Origin: Alphaproteobacteria bacterium
GTDB lineage: Bacteria > Pseudomonadota > Alphaproteobacteria > CALKHQ01
Assembly: GCA_965227515.1 (NCBI GenBank)
Contig: CBDDFZ010000001.1
Coordinates: forward strand, 192,001-256,000
Reading direction: 5' to 3'
DNA: 64,000 bases
The notes under the pieces were generated by a model. The model ran no database searches, was not told the DNA's origin, and saw only the letters and a list, made by a program, of their open reading frames with translations. The first letter of the stretch is position 1. Each line of letters opens with the position of its first letter. Of this stretch, positions 62,211 through 64,000 are shown piece after piece. The position numbers and the translations under genes were made by a program.

Positions 62211-64000
62211 ATGAGCGAAGAAGCCGTTCCCGCCAGCCCCGAGCCCGATGACGCCAGCGATGCGCCCGCCGATCCTCGGCCTTCGCTGACCCGTGGCCGC
62301 GCGCTGATCCAGGCCCGGCTGAAGACAATGCCGTCCTCGCCCGGCGTCTACCGCATGCTCGATGGCCGCGGCGACGCGCTCTACGTCGGCAAGGCGGCGA
62401 ACCTGAAACGGCGGGTGACCTCGTACACCCAGCTCGCCAAGCTGCCGATCCGTCTGCAGCGGATGGTCGCCGAGACCCGGCAGCTGGAAGTGGTGACGAC
62501 CCATACCGAGGTCGAGGCGCTGCTGCTCGAGATCAACCTGATCAAACGCCTGAAGCCGCGCTTCAACGTGCTGCTGCGCGACGACAAGTCGTTCCCGTAC
62601 ATCTTCGTGGCGTCTACGCAGCCGGACGGAGAGGACGGGCCGCCGCGCTTCCCCCGGGTCACCAAGTACCGTGGCGCGCGCAACAAGGACGGCGACTATT
62701 TCGGGCCGTTCGCGTCGGCCGGCGCGGTCAACCGCACGCTGACCGCGCTGCAACGCGTGTTCCTGCTGCGCTCGTGCTCCGACAACGTGTTCGCCAGCCG
62801 GTCGCGACCGTGCCTGCTCTACCAGATCAAGCGGTGCAGCGCGCCGTGCGTCGGCCGCATCTCCGGCGAAGAGTACGACCGGCTGCTGGCCGATGCCCGC
62901 GCCTTCCTGAGCGGCCAGAGCCAGGCAGTGCAGACCCGCCTCGCCGCCCAGATGGAACAGGCATCGGCGGAGATGGCGTTCGAGACCGCGGCCGTGTTCC
63001 GCGACCGTATCCGCGCGCTGGCCCACGTGCAGAGCCACCAGGACATCAACATCGACGGCATCGGCGACACCGACGTCATCGCCGCCGCGCAGTCCGGCGG
63101 CCAGACCTGCGTGCAGGTGTTCTTCTTCCGCTCCGGCTCCAATTACGGCAACCGCGCCTATTTCCCGCGCCACGACAAGACCGACGCGCTGCCCGACATC
63201 CTGTCCGCCTTCATCGGCCAGTTCTACGAGAACAAGGCGCCGCCGGCACGCCTGGTGCTGAGCCATGCGCCGGCCGAGGCCGACCTGCTGGCCGAGGCGC
63301 TGAGCGTGCGGGCGGAGCGCAAGGTGCGCATCGCGGTCCCGCAGCGCGGCTCCAAGCGGAACCTGGTCGAGCACGCCCTCAACAACGCCGAGCAGACGCT
63401 CGCCCGCCACCTCGCCGAGTCGAGCACCCAGCGCCGTCTGCTGGAGCAACTCGCCGACGCGCTCGACCTGGACGCGTCGCCGGAGCGGATCGAAGTCTAC
63501 GACAACAGCCACATCCAGGGCGCCAACCCCTATGGCGCGATGATCGTGGCCGGGCCGGACGGGTTCATGAAGGCGAACTACCGCAAGTTCGCCATCCGCA
63601 ACGTGGCCAAGAAGGGCGCGAAGGCGCCGGAGGCGGCCGATGGCATGGCGGAAGACGCAGAGCCGTACGTCGAAGCGCCCCAGGTCCAGGCTGGCGACGA
63701 CTACGCGATGATGCGCCAGGTGATCGAGCGCCGCTTCACCCGCGCGATCAAGGAGGACCCGGACAAGACCCGGGGGCAATGGCCCGACCTGATCCTGATC
63801 GACGGCGGCAAGGGCCAGCTCAACGTGACCCTGGAGGTGATGGACGACCTCGGCATCGACGACGTGGCGGTGGCGGGCATCGCCAAGGGGCCGGACCGCA
63901 ACGCCGGGCGCGAGGAGATCTACCTGCCCGGCCGCGCCGCCCCGATCACGTTGCCCGACCGCGACCCGGTGCTCTATTTCCTGCAGCGCATCCGCGACGA
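62211..64000 (+). CDS. uvrC: Excinuclease ABC subunit C, partial (runs off the window)
   Basis: Manual translation: PGVYRM...LYVGKAANLKRRVTSY, EALLLE, RDDKSFPY, CLLYQIKRCSAPC, YDNSH, GDDY, LIDGGKGQ. Confidence 0.96.
   Translation, partial: MSEEAVPASPEPDDASDAPADPRPSLTRGRALIQARLKTMPSSPGVYRMLDGRGDALYVGKAANLKRRVTSYTQLAKLPIRLQRMVAETRQLEVVTTHTEVEALLLEINLIKRLKPRFNVLLRDDKSFPYIFVASTQPDGEDGPPRFPRVTKYRGARNKDGDYFGPFASAGAVNRTLTALQRVFLLRSCSDNVFASRSRPCLLYQIKRCSAPCVGRISGEEYDRLLADARAFLSGQSQAVQTRLAAQMEQASAEMAFETAAVFRDRIRALAHVQSHQDINIDGIGDTDVIAAAQSGGQTCVQVFFFRSGSNYGNRAYFPRHDKTDALPDILSAFIGQFYENKAPPARLVLSHAPAEADLLAEALSVRAERKVRIAVPQRGSKRNLVEHALNNAEQTLARHLAESSTQRRLLEQLADALDLDASPERIEVYDNSHIQGANPYGAMIVAGPDGFMKANYRKFAIRNVAKKGAKAPEAADGMAEDAEPYVEAPQVQAGDDYAMMRQVIERRFTRAIKEDPDKTRGQWPDLILIDGGKGQLNVTLEVMDDLGIDDVAVAGIAKGPDRNAGREEIYLPGRAAPITLPDRDPVLYFLQRIRD

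Overview
High-GC alphaproteobacterial (Rhodospirillales-like) chromosomal window. At the left end a tRNA-Glu(CTC) carries a ~5.5 kb integrated element (449-5952). It encodes a large serine recombinase whose 3' end is split by the att site: the integrated form ends inside the tRNA and an alternative in-frame 39-codon C-terminus lies at attR. The element also holds stacked IS5 and IS630 copies, an oriT-like hairpin region, and an AT-rich coupled three-gene operon (HNH nuclease / restriction-endonuclease-like small protein / minimal nucleotidyltransferase). That operon is the best candidate for an undescribed anti-phage system. Next come a clade I N2O-reduction cluster (Crp/Fnr regulator, cytochrome c, nosRZDFYLX), a 2266-aa filamentous-haemagglutinin-like protein, an SNase homologue with a degenerate active site, an SDR plus sugar ABC operon and a second IS5/IS630 stack inside a REP doublet. 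The right half has stress genes (DUF883, holin-like, PLD), a Liv-type ABC transporter with an ScfR/RamB regulator and SLC5-histidine kinase module, petABC, mtnP-aldolase, catalase, a Kazal protein, a D-lactate dehydrogenase-like oxidase, TerC, a methyltransferase, three tandem wHTH-TolB_N-TPR paralogues and partial uvrC. All calls come from manual motif reading; no database searches were run.
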